20,950 bases of DNA. It comes from Octopus sinensis. Lineage: Eukaryota. Below, piece after piece: positions 20,735 through 20,950 of this stretch. The notes below the pieces were generated by a model. It had not been told where the DNA came from, did not search any database, and was given only the letters and a program-made list of their open reading frames with translations. How positions within the stretch are numbered: position 1 is the stretch's first letter; every line of letters begins with the position of its first letter. Both the position numbers and the translations under genes were made by a program. Where the stretch lies: NCBI RefSeq assembly GCF_006345805.1, contig NW_021823892.1, positions 1 to 20,950 on the forward strand, given 5' to 3'.

Positions 20735-20935
20735 AATGTGACCGCGTATGTACCATTGGCGAATTTTTTCCTGTTTTCTCTTCTCTGGATCTTTCCTTCT
20801 CCTATGTTTCCGACGAAGAGCTCCGCTCAAAACGTTAAACGCTCCTTCTTTCCTTCTTCCCTGGGCATCCAATAATACTATATTTGTTCCACGTCCTCGC
20901 GTTGTTGTGTTTTTTTTGTGCTTTCTTGTTTGGAT
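20735..20935 (+). mobile_element. Short dispersed repeat, probably a Penelope-like element terminal-repeat derivative
   Basis: Carries a hammerhead-like core; same layout as 11585-11768; TA-rich flanks. Family assignment is from recall. Confidence 0.55.
20806..20840 (+). ncRNA. Degenerate minimal type I hammerhead ribozyme motif (likely inactive)
   Basis: GUUU-CCGACGA-A-GAGC-UCC-GCUC-AAAA-CGUU-AAAC. Stem I GUUU/AAAC, stem II GAGC/GCUC, palindromic ACGU for stem III. U4>C and G12>A relative to the CUGANGA/GAAA core. Confidence 0.5.
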
Positions 20936-20950
20936 TATATATTATATACG

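Overview
Very AT-rich, repeat-dense eukaryotic non-coding DNA, intronic or intergenic. The SINE families and compound (TA)n/(TACA)n/(CA)n/(CT)n microsatellites match my recollection of octopus (coleoid cephalopod) genomes; this is an inference, not a database result. No protein-coding gene can be supported: most ORFs in the track are translations of microsatellites, and the rest are short unspliced frames without recognisable homology. Supported content: simple repeats (roughly 15-20% by eye), several tRNA-derived SINE copies from at least three families, a decayed 3' fragment of an RTE-clade LINE (10296-10972), and two short repeats that each carry a degenerate Penelope-type minimal hammerhead ribozyme. 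The most unusual structures are four. (1) One SINE head followed by four exact-period 184-bp body units, with an alternating A-B-A-B variant pattern, all inside a single 17-bp target-site duplication (16663-17479). (2) A 27-30-bp segment inside the LINE that matches a site 7.6 kb away in inverted orientation and is bracketed by a 13-bp direct repeat, like a templated repair insertion. (3) A non-tandem local duplication of a SINE plus its flank, with reciprocal homogenisation of two nearby motifs. (4) The two hammerhead relics. All coordinates, alignments and counts were done by hand.
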